Source: Chloroflexota bacterium
Lineage (GTDB): Bacteria; Chloroflexota; Dehalococcoidia; GIF9; AB-539-J10
Length of the DNA stretch: 64,000 nt
Assembly (NCBI GenBank): GCA_036834125.1
Contig: DAITOK010000004.1
Coordinates: 4,446 to 68,445 of the forward strand
Direction of reading: 5' to 3'
This document shows positions 28,045-38,983 of this stretch, piece after piece (within the stretch, counting starts at the first letter, position 1; each line of letters starts with the position of its first letter). The position numbers were made by a program, and so were the translations under genes. The notes beneath the pieces are model-generated. The model saw only the letters and a list, made by a program, of their open reading frames with translations, was not told where the DNA came from and did no database searches.

Positions 28045-30477
28045 TCATTTCTTTGCCTTCGTAGTCTTCAAGGCTGCGAAACTCAGATTGTCTTCCTTGA
28101 GGCTAACGGTTATTGTATCTCCCTCTTTAAACTCGCCTTGCAATATCTTCGCTGAGAGTGGATTTTCCAGATACCTTTGAATAGCTCGGCGTAGGGGACG
28201 AGCACCATATACAGGGTCATAGCCCTTCTGGACCAGCCAAGCTTTGGCTTCCTCATCCACTTCAAGCTTGATTTTACGCTCGGCAAGCCGTTTTTCTACC
28301 TCACGGATAAGCAGCTCCACGATGCTCTTCAAATGCTGCTCAGTCAAGGGGTGGAAGATAATGACATCGTCTATTCTGTTGAGTAGCTCAGGACGAAAAG
28401 TTCGCTTCAGTGCCGTTTCAATAGCGGTCCGCATTCTCTGTTCGTCGCTTTGTTCCTTTCGCGGAAAGCCTAACCCTCCACGCTGGTACTCTTCAGTGCC
28501 CAGGTTGCTGGTCATGATGACCACCGTGTTCTTGAAATCCACAGTGCGACCATGCCCATCAGTGAGCCTGCCATCCTCCAGTAACTGTAACAGTATGTTG
28601 AATACGTCCGGGTGGGCTTTTTCTACCTCGTCGAAGAGGATGACCCGATAGGGACGACGACGCACAGCCTCAGTCAATTGCCCTCCTTCCTCATAGCCCA
28701 CATATCCCGGCGGCGCCCCGATAAGGCGAGACACGGTATGCTTCTCCATATACTCGGACATATCTAACCTGACCATGGCTTCTTCGTCATCGAACAGAAA
28801 CTCGGCTAAAGCGCGAGCCAGCTCGGTTTTCCCCACGCCGGTAGGACCCAAAAAGATGAAGCTGCCGATGGGACGTTTGGTGTCCTTGAGTCCGGCTCGG
28901 CTTCGCCGGATAGCTTCGGAGACAGCAGCCACTGCTTCTTCCTGGTTCACTATCCTTTCGTGTAGCCTCTCCTCCATATGAACCAGCTTCTCACTTTCGG
29001 TTTCCATCATTCGGGAAACAGGTATGCCCGTCCACTGAGCTACCAGCTCAGCAATATCTTCCTCGTCCACAACAGTATCAATTTTCTTCTCCTGCTGCCA
29101 TTTTAGTTTGGCTTGGTTGTACTCCTCTTCCAGTCGCAACCTTTGCGCTCTCAATTCGGCAGCTTTCTGGTAGTCTTGCCGTTCCGCAGCAGCGTCTTCT
29201 TCGTCACGCAAGCTTTTTATTTTGCGGTCTAGGGTTTTCACTTCCTCAGGAGCGCTTTCTATATCAATGCGTAACTTGCTGGCAGCTTCATCAATCAAAT
29301 CAATTGCCTTGTCAGGCAAAAATCTATCGGATATATATCTCTGGCTCAGCTTGGCAGCGGCCACCAGGGCAGAATCATCAATCTTTATCTTGTGGTGCTT
29401 CTCATAACGAGGACGAAGTCCGCGCAGCATCTCTATAGTGGCTTCTACACTGGGTTCCTCAATATATACAGGCTGGAAACGTCTTTCCAGCGCCTTATCT
29501 TTCTCAACGTGCTTGCGATATTCGTCGAGCGTAGTAGCGCCGATACACTGTATTTCACCACGAGCCAATACTGGCTTTAGCATGTTACTGGCATCAATTG
29601 CTCCCTCGGCACCCCCCGCCCCCACTACAGTGTGAAGCTCATCAATAAACAGAATGACCTCACCAGTTGCCTGCCTGACTTCGTCCAGCACTGCCTTCAA
29701 CCTTTCCTCAAACTCCCCGCGGAATTTGCTACCAGCAACCAACGCTCCCATATCCAGAGCCACCACCTTTTTCCCTTTCAAAGAATCAGGAACATCTTCA
29801 GCCACGATTTTCTGAGCCAATCCCTCGGCAATAGCCGTTTTGCCCACACCAGCCTCGCCAATAATGACAGGATTGTTCTTGGTCCGCCGCGACAATATCT
29901 GTATCACGCGTCTAATTTCTTTTTCCCGCCCGATAACCGGGTCAAGCTTGCCCTGACGAGCTAGTTCTGTAAGGTCGTGACCATATTTTTCCAAGGAGCG
30001 ATATTTGCTCTCCGCCTGGCGGTCGGTGACCCGATGACCACCGCGGATTTTTTGCAAAGCCCGGTAAATTTTTTCCTGATTAACGCCTGCTTCGGCTAAG
30101 ATGGCTGCGGCTTCACCTCTGGTTTCTCCAGCAATAGCAATAAGCAAATGCTCAGTGCTGACAAATTCGTCTTTGAGCCTGTCAGCCTCCCGGTTGGCAT
30201 TTTCCAGAAGAGCTTGGATACGTGGAGTGGCGTAGATTTGATGTGTTTCGTAAGCGACTCTGGGAAAACTATCCAGTGTGGCTTTCACCCGCTGCTTTAT
30301 CACCTCGATATCCACACCAAGCAATTGAAGTATATCTCTGGTTATCCCTCCTTCCTGCTCCAGTAAAGCCAACAGGACATGCTCTACATCCCATTGATTA
30401 TGGTGATAACGGCGAACAAATTCCTGCGAGGCTGCTAAAACCTCTTGTGCTTGCTCAGTAAATCTTTCTGGTCTCAA
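28045..30477 (-). CDS. clpC: Clp/Hsp100 AAA+ chaperone, ClpC-like
   Basis: 810 aa with two Walker A motifs ([26 protein letters not shown]). The short middle linker carries a UVR-like motif ([19 protein letters not shown]), which is ClpC-type rather than the long ClpB M-domain. Confidence 0.8.
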   Translation of the reverse strand: MRPERFTEQAQEVLAASQEFVRRYHHNQWDVEHVLLALLEQEGGITRDILQLLGVDIEVIKQRVKATLDSFPRVAYETHQIYATPRIQALLENANREADRLKDEFVSTEHLLIAIAGETRGEAAAILAEAGVNQEKIYRALQKIRGGHRVTDRQAESKYRSLEKYGHDLTELARQGKLDPVIGREKEIRRVIQILSRRTKNNPVIIGEAGVGKTAIAEGLAQKIVAEDVPDSLKGKKVVALDMGALVAGSKFRGEFEERLKAVLDEVRQATGEVILFIDELHTVVGAGGAEGAIDASNMLKPVLARGEIQCIGATTLDEYRKHVEKDKALERRFQPVYIEEPSVEATIEMLRGLRPRYEKHHKIKIDDSALVAAAKLSQRYISDRFLPDKAIDLIDEAASKLRIDIESAPEEVKTLDRKIKSLRDEEDAAAERQDYQKAAELRAQRLRLEEEYNQAKLKWQQEKKIDTVVDEEDIAELVAQWTGIPVSRMMETESEKLVHMEERLHERIVNQEEAVAAVSEAIRRSRAGLKDTKRPIGSFIFLGPTGVGKTELARALAEFLFDDEEAMVRLDMSEYMEKHTVSRLIGAPPGYVGYEEGGQLTEAVRRRPYRVILFDEVEKAHPDVFNILLQLLEDGRLTDGHGRTVDFKNTVVIMTSNLGTEEYQRGGLGFPRKEQSDEQRMRTAIETALKRTFRPELLNRIDDVIIFHPLTEQHLKSIVELLIREVEKRLAERKIKLEVDEEAKAWLVQKGYDPVYGARPLRRAIQRYLENPLSAKILQGEFKEGDTITVSLKEDNLSFAALKTTKAKK

Positions 30478-30481
30478 CTTT

Positions 30482-30844
30482 CTATACCTCCTTCCATTCT
30501 GCCTCCTCGATTATATCTCCAATTAACTCTACCATTCCGCCTTCGGCAATTTTCTTGAGTTTCTTCTCCATCTCTTCAAGTTGCTGTTGCATCTCCTGTA
30601 CCCTTTGCATCAACCTCAACGCCACCTCTACCCCGGCTAAATTAACGCCGCAATCACTCATGAGAGCCTTAATATACCGCAAGCGTTCAATATCCTGCTC
30701 TGAATAAAGTCGGATATTGCCACTGGAACGTTCCGGGCGAATTAACCCCAACCGTTCATAATAGCGCAACGTGTGGGCTTGTAAGCCGACCATCCTGGCA
30801 GCTACGCTTATGACATATCTTGGTTTAGAGTCCCAGTCCATCAT
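30482..30844 (-). CDS. hspR: MerR-family heat-shock repressor HspR
   Basis: 120 aa with a MerR-type HTH ([25 protein letters not shown]). It sits between dnaJ-like and clpC, matching the HspR operon context. Confidence 0.8.
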   Translation of the reverse strand: MMDWDSKPRYVISVAARMVGLQAHTLRYYERLGLIRPERSSGNIRLYSEQDIERLRYIKALMSDCGVNLAGVEVALRLMQRVQEMQQQLEEMEKKLKKIAEGGMVELIGDIIEEAEWKEV

Positions 30845-30858
30845 TGTGACACCTTACT

Positions 30859-31839
30859 CTATGTACGTCGCAAAGACTGCAATCTCTCAAATAGCTTCTT
30901 CTCCTCCTCAGTTAAATTGGTGGGCAGCACCACCTTTACCTTTGCGTACATATTACCATAACCTGAATTGTCTAACCTGGGCATACCCTTGCCTGTCAGG
31001 CGGAAAACCTTGCCGTTCTGAGTTTCTGGCGGTATTTTAAGAGACAGAGTACCATTTAAAGTGGGTACCTTGACCTCGCCACCTAAAATGGCAGTGGTTA
31101 GTGGTACCGGAACCTCGGTATATAGGTCATCTCCTTTGCGCTCAAATAATTGGTGAGGCAGGACTTTTACAACCAGGTAGAGGTCGCTCTTAGTGCCACC
31201 AGTACGTCCAGGTCCACCTTCTCTAGCTATACGAATTTTTGACCCATCCTTAACCCCGGCCGGAATTTTGACCTCCAGTCGCTTGGTGATAATTTTCCCA
31301 CCAGCACCATTGCACATGGTACAAACTCGACTACCCACTTTGCCTGTGCCGCCGCAAGCAGTACAAGGTTCTTCTGTCTGAAGCTGTATGATGCGTGTAG
31401 AACCTCGGTAGGTTTCCTCAAGACTCACCTCGATGGGAAATTCTAGGGCCTGACCACGCGGCGGTCCTCTCCTGAAATCCATAACAGAGTCGCCAAACAA
31501 TCTGTTTAAGATGTCATCAAGACTGCCTAAGTCACTGTACTGGAAGATAGTGTCACCCTGACTGAAATCCCAGCGAACTCCGCTCTGTCCCCCAGCTTTA
31601 GCAAATTGCTCTGCATATTCCCACTGCTCGCCAAACTGGTCATATTTCTTCCGCTTCTCAGGGTCGGACAGGACCTCATAAGCCTGGTTTATTTCTTTAA
31701 ATTTAGCCTCAGCCGATTTATCACCAGGGTTGAGGTCAGGATGGTATTTACGTGCCAGACGGCGGTAGGCTTGCTTGATTTCCTTCTCGGAAGCATCCCT
31801 ACTTACCCCCAGAATCTCATAGTAGTCTTTGCCGGGCAT
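30859..31839 (-). CDS. DnaJ-family chaperone (J domain plus Cys-rich region with only two CxxCxGxG repeats)
   Basis: It has a J domain (DYYEILGV...HPD) and [17 protein letters not shown] set the start at ATG 31839. The longer ORF would swallow the sigma70-like promoter identified upstream. Confidence 0.8.
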   Translation of the reverse strand: MPGKDYYEILGVSRDASEKEIKQAYRRLARKYHPDLNPGDKSAEAKFKEINQAYEVLSDPEKRKKYDQFGEQWEYAEQFAKAGGQSGVRWDFSQGDTIFQYSDLGSLDDILNRLFGDSVMDFRRGPPRGQALEFPIEVSLEETYRGSTRIIQLQTEEPCTACGGTGKVGSRVCTMCNGAGGKIITKRLEVKIPAGVKDGSKIRIAREGGPGRTGGTKSDLYLVVKVLPHQLFERKGDDLYTEVPVPLTTAILGGEVKVPTLNGTLSLKIPPETQNGKVFRLTGKGMPRLDNSGYGNMYAKVKVVLPTNLTEEEKKLFERLQSLRRT

Positions 31840-31867
31840 CCCTTTTTCTCCGCAGATTTTCAAGTGA

Positions 31868-31953
31868 ATTATAGAATTCTTTAAAAATTTTATCAAGTCT
31901 TTTTAAAATAAATGCCCAAGAAACTTGACAAAAATGTTTAGCCTTCTTATAAT
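31868..31953. promoter_or_regulatory. divergent near-consensus sigma70 promoters (dnaJ-hspR-clpC leftward; hsp20 rightward)
   Basis: On the plus strand, TTGACA (31925-31930), a 17-nt spacer, and TATAAT (31948-31953). On the minus strand, TTGATA (rc of 31891-31896), a 17-nt spacer, and TATAAT (rc of 31868-31873). Confidence 0.55.
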
Positions 31954-32007
31954 AAGTGCTGAAACTGAGAGTGGGGCTCAATAACGTAACGAAAGGAGGC
32001 GAGATAA

Positions 32008-32463
32008 ATGGCTATAGAGAGATGGCAACCTTTCCGTGAACTCGTGAGCCTAAGAGAGGCAATGGACAAGCTGTTCGAGGACAGCTTTGTCCGTCCCTCC
32101 CGCTTGTTCGCTACCCTTGGTGAAGAGGTGGTACCAGCCGTAGATGTATACCAGACTCCTGACGAGGTAGTGGTGAAGGCATCTCTGCCGGGGGTGAAAG
32201 CTGAAGATGTCAACATTGACATCACTGGCGACACCTTGACCATCAAGGGAGAAACCAAAGCAGAAGAGGAAGTCAAAAGAGAGAACTATATATACCAAGA
32301 GAGACGCTATGGTGCTTTCTCCCGCACCGTAGCTCTCCCCACTGGGCTTAAGCTAGACAAGGCTGAAGCCACCATGGCGGATGGCGTTCTCACCCTCACC
32401 ATACCAAAAGCGGAAGAGGTCAAGCCTAAACAGATTAAAATCAAAACCAGGGAGAAGAAATGA
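32008..32463 (+). CDS. Hsp20/alpha-crystallin family small heat-shock protein
   Basis: 151 aa with an alpha-crystallin domain (GVLTLTIPK and others). Upstream are a GGAGG RBS and a consensus promoter. Confidence 0.9.
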   Translation: MAIERWQPFRELVSLREAMDKLFEDSFVRPSRLFATLGEEVVPAVDVYQTPDEVVVKASLPGVKAEDVNIDITGDTLTIKGETKAEEEVKRENYIYQERRYGAFSRTVALPTGLKLDKAEATMADGVLTLTIPKAEEVKPKQIKIKTREKK

Positions 32464-33054
32464 CTATTTCCGAGCCCTGCTCTCAGACTTCAATAAGTCA
32501 ATGAATTGCTTTAAAGTCCGCGCTGTCGCGCCCCAGATGACATGCCCCTCATATTCGTACGCATAGGAGTCTGGCTGAAAATTGGCTTCTTCCATCAAGA
32601 ATGATAAGGGAACGGCAAAGAGCTCCTTGATTTCTTTGTTATCGAGCTTGAATGGATAAGGATAGGGTATAAAGGCAATAAATGGCGAAATAACGTAATT
32701 ACTGACAAGGGTTATGTTATCGTCAAATTCTCCCAAAATTTCCACATCCTTAGCTTTCAAACCTATTTCCTCTTCAGTCTCCCTCAAGGCTGTCTGAAGT
32801 AAGCTAGAATCAGATGGCTGACGAGTTCCCCCGGGAAAACAGACTTGCCCCTTGTGCAAATCTACTTCCTCGCTCCTTTCAGCGAACAAGATGTGATATT
32901 GTCCTCGGTCATAAAAAAGGGGTATTAGTACCGCCGAAGCTTTGAGGTTTTCGCCAGTGATTTTCCTTTTCTTGTGATGACGGAGGATTTTTCGAATCTG
33001 CTCTTTTTTCACGGTGTCGTGATTATACCACTTCAGAAAGCACTCCACGGACAA
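32464..33054 (-). CDS. NUDIX hydrolase, CoA pyrophosphatase-like
   Basis: 196 aa with the Nudix box GGTRQPSDSSLLQTALRETEEEIG and an upstream NudL-like region. Confidence 0.75.
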   Translation of the reverse strand: MSVECFLKWYNHDTVKKEQIRKILRHHKKRKITGENLKASAVLIPLFYDRGQYHILFAERSEEVDLHKGQVCFPGGTRQPSDSSLLQTALRETEEEIGLKAKDVEILGEFDDNITLVSNYVISPFIAFIPYPYPFKLDNKEIKELFAVPLSFLMEEANFQPDSYAYEYEGHVIWGATARTLKQFIDLLKSESRARK

Positions 33055-33127
33055 AGGTCGCTAATCAATCTCTATCTCTATTGCAAAAGTTGTCGCTACC
33101 ACAGGCTAAGGAGTATACTTAAAAGTT

Positions 33128-34201
33128 ATGGCTATAAAACAAGACTATTACGAAGTACTAGGAGTGCCTCGAAATGCCAGTGACGAGGAAATCAAGAAGG
33201 CGTTTCGCAGGTTAGCGAAACAGTATCATCCTGACCGCAACAAAGAACTGGGAGCCGAGGAGAAGTTCAAGGAAATAAACGAAGCTTACCAGGTTCTCTC
33301 TGACCCTGAGAAAAGGCGTAAGTATGACCGCTACGGTCGGGTAGATGTTGAAGAAAGCTTTTCTGGTTTTGGTGGGCTGGGAGACCTTTTTGAATATTTC
33401 TTCGGCGATTTTGGCACTCCTTTTACCAAGACAGCTCAGCGTGTCCCCCAAAAAGGGGAGAGTTTACAAAGTCACCTCACTCTTTCTTTTAAGGAGGCAG
33501 TGTTCGGCTGCAATAAGGAGGTTGAAATACACCGCATTGAATTTTGTCCATCCTGCCATGGCATTGGTTGCCAGCCGGGGATGAATCCCGAGACATGCCC
33601 GGAGTGTCGTGGCACGGGGCAGGTTAAGCGAATCATGCAAAGTATTTTCGGTCGTTACACCAGCACTACCACTTGCCCTCGTTGTAAAGGTGAAGGCGTG
33701 GTAATAACCCGTCCTTGCTCCCAATGCCAAGGAAAGGGGAGAGTAAAGGTCAGACGCAAAATAAAGGTTACTATTCCAGCAGGTGTAGATGATGGCTACC
33801 AACTCCGCGTGGATGGAGAAGGATGTGCCGGCTTATACGGAGGACCCCCCGGTGACCTCTATGTCACCTTATCGGTGAAGCCACATCACTTCTTCCACAG
33901 GGATGGCAATGATATTCTCTACGAGTTACCGATCAATTTCGCCCAGGCTGCCTTGGGTGATGAGGTGAGAGTGCCGTCTTTAGATGGAAAAGTAGAACTA
34001 AAAATACCACCTGGTACCCAAAGTGGAAGAGTCTTTCGCTGTAAAGGCAAAGGAATTCCTTATGTTGACGGCAGGGGCAGAGGTGACCTGCTGGTCAAAG
34101 TAAGCGTTATAACCCCTGAACACCTCGATAAAAATCAGCGCCGTCTGTTTGAAGAATTGGCTAACGTGCTACCTCGAACCGAACCGCCTTTGGAAATCTA
34201 A
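33128..34201 (+). CDS. dnaJ: molecular chaperone DnaJ (full type I, four CxxCxGxG repeats)
   Basis: 357 aa with a J domain (HPD), a G/F region and four Cys repeats: CPSCHG, CPECRG, CPRCKG, CSQCQG. Confidence 0.9.
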   Translation: MAIKQDYYEVLGVPRNASDEEIKKAFRRLAKQYHPDRNKELGAEEKFKEINEAYQVLSDPEKRRKYDRYGRVDVEESFSGFGGLGDLFEYFFGDFGTPFTKTAQRVPQKGESLQSHLTLSFKEAVFGCNKEVEIHRIEFCPSCHGIGCQPGMNPETCPECRGTGQVKRIMQSIFGRYTSTTTCPRCKGEGVVITRPCSQCQGKGRVKVRRKIKVTIPAGVDDGYQLRVDGEGCAGLYGGPPGDLYVTLSVKPHHFFHRDGNDILYELPINFAQAALGDEVRVPSLDGKVELKIPPGTQSGRVFRCKGKGIPYVDGRGRGDLLVKVSVITPEHLDKNQRRLFEELANVLPRTEPPLEI

Positions 34202-35172
34202 GCTACAGGCAGCGAATAGTTAGCTGCTAGCCTCTTGAACTTAAATAGTGCTCGGGTTACAGGCAAATCCTCAAAAAGAATGCTATAGATAAGATTGATA
34301 ATGGGTAATTTAAGTTTTTGTTTTTTGGCTAAAAGACGAGCTGCAGCAGTGGTGGCAATCCCTTCGGCGACATGCGGCATAGAAGCCAATATTTTCGATA
34401 GAGGCCGGCCCTTAGCCAGCTCATAGCCAACATAGTGATTACGGCTCAGGGTACTGGAGCAAGTAGTTATCAGGTCACCCAAACCAGCTAGACCATAGAA
34501 AGTGCCCGCCTTTGCTCCCAAGGCAACTCCTAAGGAAACAACCTCAGCCCATCCCCAAGCGATAAAGGCACCCTTAGCATTGTCACCCAAACCTAACCCA
34601 TCTATCATCCCCGCACCCAAAGCGATAATGTTTTTCAAAGCTCCGCTTAATTCAACTCCGATAATGTCGTCATCAAGGAAGGTCATGAACTGGGGAGATT
34701 CCATTAATTTTCTCGCCTCTTCCGCCACAGCCATATTCTGAGCAGCAATAACTGAGGCAGCAGGAAGACCTTGGGCAATTTCTGCAGCCAGGTTAGGACC
34801 AGACAGAACACAGATTTGTCTCCTTAAAGATGGTTTGACTTCCTCTGCCAGCACCTGTGACATCCTTTTACCGCTGCTTTGTTCCAAGCCTTTGGCAGCG
34901 CTCATTAACAACATAGAATCGGTAAGGTAATCCCTGGCTTGACTGATATTCTCTCGCAACTTTTGAGAGGGGACTGCCCAGATCGCCAAGTCAGCCCCGT
35001 TTAAAGCTTCTCTGATGTCACTAGTTGAGAAATAGCTACGCTGTCCCAGATTTAATTCTTCAGCCTCGTCTTTACTTCGTGTCCATAGGCTTACTGTTAT
35101 TCCTTTATCACCTAGCAAAGCACCTAAGGTGTTGCCCCAGGAGGTATTGCCTATGATGGTAACTTTGGGCAT
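34198..35172 (-). CDS. gpsA: NAD(P)H-dependent glycerol-3-phosphate dehydrogenase
   Basis: The internal-Met start [13 protein letters not shown] gives a typical GpsA N-terminus, so the 55-aa ORF extension is likely spurious. It is followed by plsY, the usual context. Confidence 0.85.
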   Translation of the reverse strand: MPKVTIIGNTSWGNTLGALLGDKGITVSLWTRSKDEAEELNLGQRSYFSTSDIREALNGADLAIWAVPSQKLRENISQARDYLTDSMLLMSAAKGLEQSSGKRMSQVLAEEVKPSLRRQICVLSGPNLAAEIAQGLPAASVIAAQNMAVAEEARKLMESPQFMTFLDDDIIGVELSGALKNIIALGAGMIDGLGLGDNAKGAFIAWGWAEVVSLGVALGAKAGTFYGLAGLGDLITTCSSTLSRNHYVGYELAKGRPLSKILASMPHVAEGIATTAAARLLAKKQKLKLPIINLIYSILFEDLPVTRALFKFKRLAANYSLPVA

Positions 35173-35186
35173 AGACCTTACGCTTT

Positions 35187-35837
35187 TCACCACAATCGGC
35201 GCTCCGTGCCTTGTCTTAAGCGTTTGATATTGTCCCGATGCTGATAGACAATCAAGGCGACAACCACTAAGCCATAAATCAGATAAATAGGCGGAAGCAA
35301 ATTGTGGACAATAGTTAGAGGTAGCATCAAACACCAAGCTGCAAAGGAGCCAAGAATAGAACCAAGGGACATGTACCGACTACGTAAGGCTGCTATAGCC
35401 ACAATCTCAGCTCCGAATATGCCAGCCGGAGGAAAAATTGCGAATATCGTGCCAAAATAGGCGGTTACCCCTCTGCCCCCTCTAAACTTAGCGAATATTG
35501 GCCAATTATGCCCAACCACTGCAGCAAAGCCGGCAGCCACCTGGGCTATATGTTGCCAGTAAATAGACAAACTACCAATAGCTAAAACTCCATTGCCAAC
35601 ATCTACGATTACCGTCGCCAGCAAGACCGCCACTGCACCTTTTGCTACATCAAGCACCAAGGTCAAAAGACCTAACTTTGTTCCCACCGTTCTCATAACG
35701 TTAGTAGCGCCAGTCCGTCCACTTCCATATTGTCTGACATCAATGCCTTTCTTTAGCTTGCCTATGATTAAGCCAAACGGGATGGAACCCAGTAGATAAG
35801 CAATAGCTACTACAGCAATAAGCTCAGCTATTATCAT
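35187..35837 (-). CDS. plsY: glycerol-3-phosphate acyltransferase PlsY
   Basis: 216-aa polytopic membrane protein with a YLLGSIPFG N-terminus and GSGRTGATN. Confidence 0.9.
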   Translation of the reverse strand: MIIAELIAVVAIAYLLGSIPFGLIIGKLKKGIDVRQYGSGRTGATNVMRTVGTKLGLLTLVLDVAKGAVAVLLATVIVDVGNGVLAIGSLSIYWQHIAQVAAGFAAVVGHNWPIFAKFRGGRGVTAYFGTIFAIFPPAGIFGAEIVAIAALRSRYMSLGSILGSFAAWCLMLPLTIVHNLLPPIYLIYGLVVVALIVYQHRDNIKRLRQGTERRLW

Positions 35838-37173
35838 GCTTTAGCCCCATTTTCCTGTCGCTTTTGTGGGCGGCTTTAGTGAAGATTAGCTTCAAAGGAA
35901 CACCACGAAAACCGAAGTTTTGACGGAGTTTATTTTCCAAGTAGCGTTGATAAGAACTACGGACTAGCTCAGGGTCATTGACTTCAAGAACAAAGGTGGC
36001 TGGCTGAGATTCGTGCTGATAAGCTCGCTTTATGCGTAGCCGTCTGTAACCCACAAGGGGCGGAGGATAACTACTTAGGGCTTCTTTGACCGACCCATCA
36101 ACTTCTGATTGTGGCACTTGTTTTTGTCTTTCCTGCCAAACTTCCCAGGCACGGGGCAGGATCTTATCTACTCCTTGTCCAAGCTTGGCGGAAATATACA
36201 TAGTTGGTATGTAAGGCACAAATCTCAGTCTTTGCTCCACGCTTTGTCTAAATTCCTGCCTTTGCCCCTGGGGAATGAGATCCCATTTGTTAACCAGTAG
36301 CATTATACCTTTTCCTACCTCAATAATGTAGCCCGCTATATGCAAGTCCTGAGCTGTGATGAATTCACTAGCATCTATTAGCAACAGGGCAACATCGCAG
36401 CGGTTGATAGCTTGGATAGCTCGAATCAAACTGTAGTAATCTACTCCAGCGGCAACTCGTCCGCGTCGCCTAATCCCAGCAGTATCAATAAGCAGAATTT
36501 CTTTATCATCCCACCACATTACGGCGTCGAGCGAATCCCGAGTTGTGCCTGGCGACTCGTCTACAATAGCTCTTTCATGCCCCAGCAAAGCATTCAGCAA
36601 GGTTGATTTGCCAACGTTGGGTCGTCCGACGATGGCTATTTTAGCTTGCGTTGTCTGGACAACAACCGCAGGTTGAGGAGGTAGAAAAGACAATATGACA
36701 TCCTTCAACTCAGCTATACCTCGATTGTGATAAGCACTAATAGGTATTGGCTCACCGATGACCAAACGATAGAAGTCAGCCACATCATTTGTTTGCTCAG
36801 AAGAGTCCACTTTATTCACTGCCAGTACGACAAGTTTGTTACTAGTTCGTAGCACGTGGGCAATCGCTTCATCAGCAGCAAGTACTCCATCTTTAGCATC
36901 CACCACAAAAACGACGACATCAGCCTGGGCAATAGCTGCTTCAACTTGCTGTTTAACCTTTTGCTCCAAAGACGATTCTGGCTTAGCTTGCCAACCGCCT
37001 GTGTCCACTATGGTTAGCTCGCGCCCTTGCCAGGACACAGAAGCAAAGACGCGGTCTCTGGTGGTACCTGGCAGATCAGCAACCACAGCTATTCGCCGTT
37101 CTGCCAAGCGATTAAGCAATGTTGACTTGCCTACGTTGGTTCTGCCAACAATCGCCACAATCGGTCTGCTCAT
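35824..37173 (-). CDS. der: ribosome-biogenesis GTPase Der (EngA), tandem GTPase domains
   Basis: 449 aa with two G1 motifs (GRTNVGKST, GRPNVGKST) and a KH-like C-terminus. Confidence 0.9.
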   Translation of the reverse strand: MSRPIVAIVGRTNVGKSTLLNRLAERRIAVVADLPGTTRDRVFASVSWQGRELTIVDTGGWQAKPESSLEQKVKQQVEAAIAQADVVVFVVDAKDGVLAADEAIAHVLRTSNKLVVLAVNKVDSSEQTNDVADFYRLVIGEPIPISAYHNRGIAELKDVILSFLPPQPAVVVQTTQAKIAIVGRPNVGKSTLLNALLGHERAIVDESPGTTRDSLDAVMWWDDKEILLIDTAGIRRRGRVAAGVDYYSLIRAIQAINRCDVALLLIDASEFITAQDLHIAGYIIEVGKGIMLLVNKWDLIPQGQRQEFRQSVEQRLRFVPYIPTMYISAKLGQGVDKILPRAWEVWQERQKQVPQSEVDGSVKEALSSYPPPLVGYRRLRIKRAYQHESQPATFVLEVNDPELVRSSYQRYLENKLRQNFGFRGVPLKLIFTKAAHKSDRKMGLKHDNS

Positions 37174-38099
37174 CTGCGTGATACCTCGGAGGCGGATAGC
37201 AGGTTCACCAGGAGCGCCTTTTGCAGATGAAGTCTGTTTTCTGCCTGGTCAAACACTATTGACCGCGGGTCATCTAAAAGGCCCGGGGAAATTTCCTCGC
37301 CATGATGAGCAGGCAGGGGATGCATAAACAAAGCGTCCTTTCTAGCCAGGCTTAGTAATTTCTCGTTCACTTGGTATCCCGAAAAGGCGCCTCGGCGTTT
37401 CTCAGACTCAGCTTCCTGCCCCATGCTCACCCAGACATCAGTATAAACTACCTCAGCCTCTTTAGCTGCTTCGTAAGGGTCGTGGGTCAACAGAATCTGA
37501 CTACCACTAGCGGTCGCGAATTTCCTCGCCGGACTTAGTATCTGCTCCTTAATCTCATAGCCAGGAGGAGAAGCAAAGCGGAAATTGATGCCCACCAAGC
37601 AGGCGCAGAGAAATAAGCTATTGGCAACATTGTTGCTATCACCAATAAATGCCAGCGTCAAGCCGGAAAGCTTCCCCTTCTTTTCGTAGATGGTAAGAAG
37701 ATCAGAAAGAGCCTGGCAGGGATGTTCTAGGTCAGAAAGGGCATTAATCACGGGCACAGAGGCATGTTGGGCGAGAATCTCCAGAGTACCCTGCGAAAAT
37801 GTACGAGCCGCAATACCGTCAACATAGCGGCTAAGAACCCGAGCCACGTCAGACACTGCCTCGCGCTTACCCAAACCCACTTCCTCTGGAGATAGATATA
37901 TGCAATGCCCCCCTAGTTGATATATAGCCAAATCGAAGCTGACTCTGGTTCGCAAGGAAGGCTTCTCGAAGAGAAGAGCTAAGGTTTTGCCCGCCAGTAT
38001 GGATGATGTCCCCCCTCGCTTCGTGCGCTGAGCTTGTTTTATGAGGTCTTCAACCTCCTTGCGAGTCAGGTCCGATATTGAAAGTAAGTCCTTTTTCAT
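37170..38099 (-). CDS. argF: ornithine carbamoyltransferase-like transcarbamylase (variant active-site motifs)
   Basis: 309 aa with OTC-like HPCQ, DVWVSMG and SIVFDQAENRLH. However, the STRTR motif reads SLRTR and the HCLP motif reads HPLP. Confidence 0.7.
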   Translation of the reverse strand: MKKDLLSISDLTRKEVEDLIKQAQRTKRGGTSSILAGKTLALLFEKPSLRTRVSFDLAIYQLGGHCIYLSPEEVGLGKREAVSDVARVLSRYVDGIAARTFSQGTLEILAQHASVPVINALSDLEHPCQALSDLLTIYEKKGKLSGLTLAFIGDSNNVANSLFLCACLVGINFRFASPPGYEIKEQILSPARKFATASGSQILLTHDPYEAAKEAEVVYTDVWVSMGQEAESEKRRGAFSGYQVNEKLLSLARKDALFMHPLPAHHGEEISPGLLDDPRSIVFDQAENRLHLQKALLVNLLSASEVSRR

Positions 38100-38273
38100 A
38101 ATTCACTTGCCTTGATACTACTTTAGGCTATCTCGTTTGTCAATCGGCATAACACTAGTTTTTGTACTAAATCTCGAAGTTCATTACCAAATGGCAAATA
38201 GTTTGAACTGTATTATAATAGGCGAGGCGACCAACGAGCTATCATGGAATTGAACTTGCGGCAGGGTGAGAAT

Positions 38274-38516
38274 ATGGAAACCAATGTGAGATGTTACTCC
38301 GGCTACATCTATGCTCAAGAACCACGGGTGTTCACTTGGCAAGGAAAGGAAATAAAAATAAAGTCACTGAAACAGGTTCAGCAAGAGCCAGGCAAAAGGT
38401 TGTTCAAAGTTATCGCTGAGGATGGTAAACTATTTGAATTATGTTACAATGAAGCAGCTGACCGGTGGTCGGTTGTTGAATTACTAAGGAGTGAAAAGCA
38501 TGAAAGAGATCTTTGA
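38274..38516 (+). CDS. small hypothetical protein
   Basis: 80-aa ORF (METNVRCYSG...) with a GGTGAG RBS 5 nt upstream. It overlaps the lrp-like start by 26 nt and has no recognisable motif. Confidence 0.3.
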   Translation: METNVRCYSGYIYAQEPRVFTWQGKEIKIKSLKQVQQEPGKRLFKVIAEDGKLFELCYNEAADRWSVVELLRSEKHERDL

Positions 38517-38982
38517 GATTCTGGAGCAGAATGGTCGGGCAACTCCCGAACGGATTGCCACTATGGTAGACAAACCTGTTCGTGAGGTCGAGAAAATAAT
38601 TAAGCAAGCTGAGAAAGACGGAACAATCCTGAAATATAAAGCCGTAATAGACTGGTCTAAACTAGGCGAAGAAGATGTCTGGGCTTTAATTGAAGTCAGA
38701 GTAGCACCGCAACGTGGTGTGGGTTTCGATGCCATTGCTGAGCGCATCTATCAATTTCCGGAAGTATATTCTGCTTATCTCGTGTCCGGCACGTACGACT
38801 TGGCTATACTAGTAAGAGGTAAGAATATGCAGGAAATATCCACGTTCGTCGCCGAGAAACTGTCTCCCTTGGAGCAAGTGCAAAGTACAGTCACCCATTT
38901 TCTAATGAAACGCTATAAGGAGAACGGGGAAATCCTCAAAGTTGTCAAGGAAACAAATAGACGCCTACCCATAACGCCGTGA
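38491..38982 (+). CDS. Lrp/AsnC-family transcriptional regulator
   Basis: 163 aa with an N-terminal HTH (ILEQNGRATPERIATMV) and a C-terminal RAM/AsnC_trans domain. Confidence 0.85.
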   Translation: MKSMKEIFEILEQNGRATPERIATMVDKPVREVEKIIKQAEKDGTILKYKAVIDWSKLGEEDVWALIEVRVAPQRGVGFDAIAERIYQFPEVYSAYLVSGTYDLAILVRGKNMQEISTFVAEKLSPLEQVQSTVTHFLMKRYKENGEILKVVKETNRRLPITP

Positions 38983-38983
38983 C

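Noticed and set aside
28045-30477. Annotation of the Hsp100 protein as ClpB, the usual HspR target.
   Set aside because: The linker between the two AAA modules is about 90 aa and carries a UVR-like motif, as in ClpC. ClpB has a middle domain of about 120-180 aa. Length 810 aa also fits ClpC.
31961-31985. HspR-associated inverted repeat (HAIR) at the hsp20 promoter.
   Set aside because: Only 4-bp arms (TGAG...CTCA) are present against the 7-bp arms of the consensus. This is too weak to call as a feature and is mentioned only as a hypothesis.
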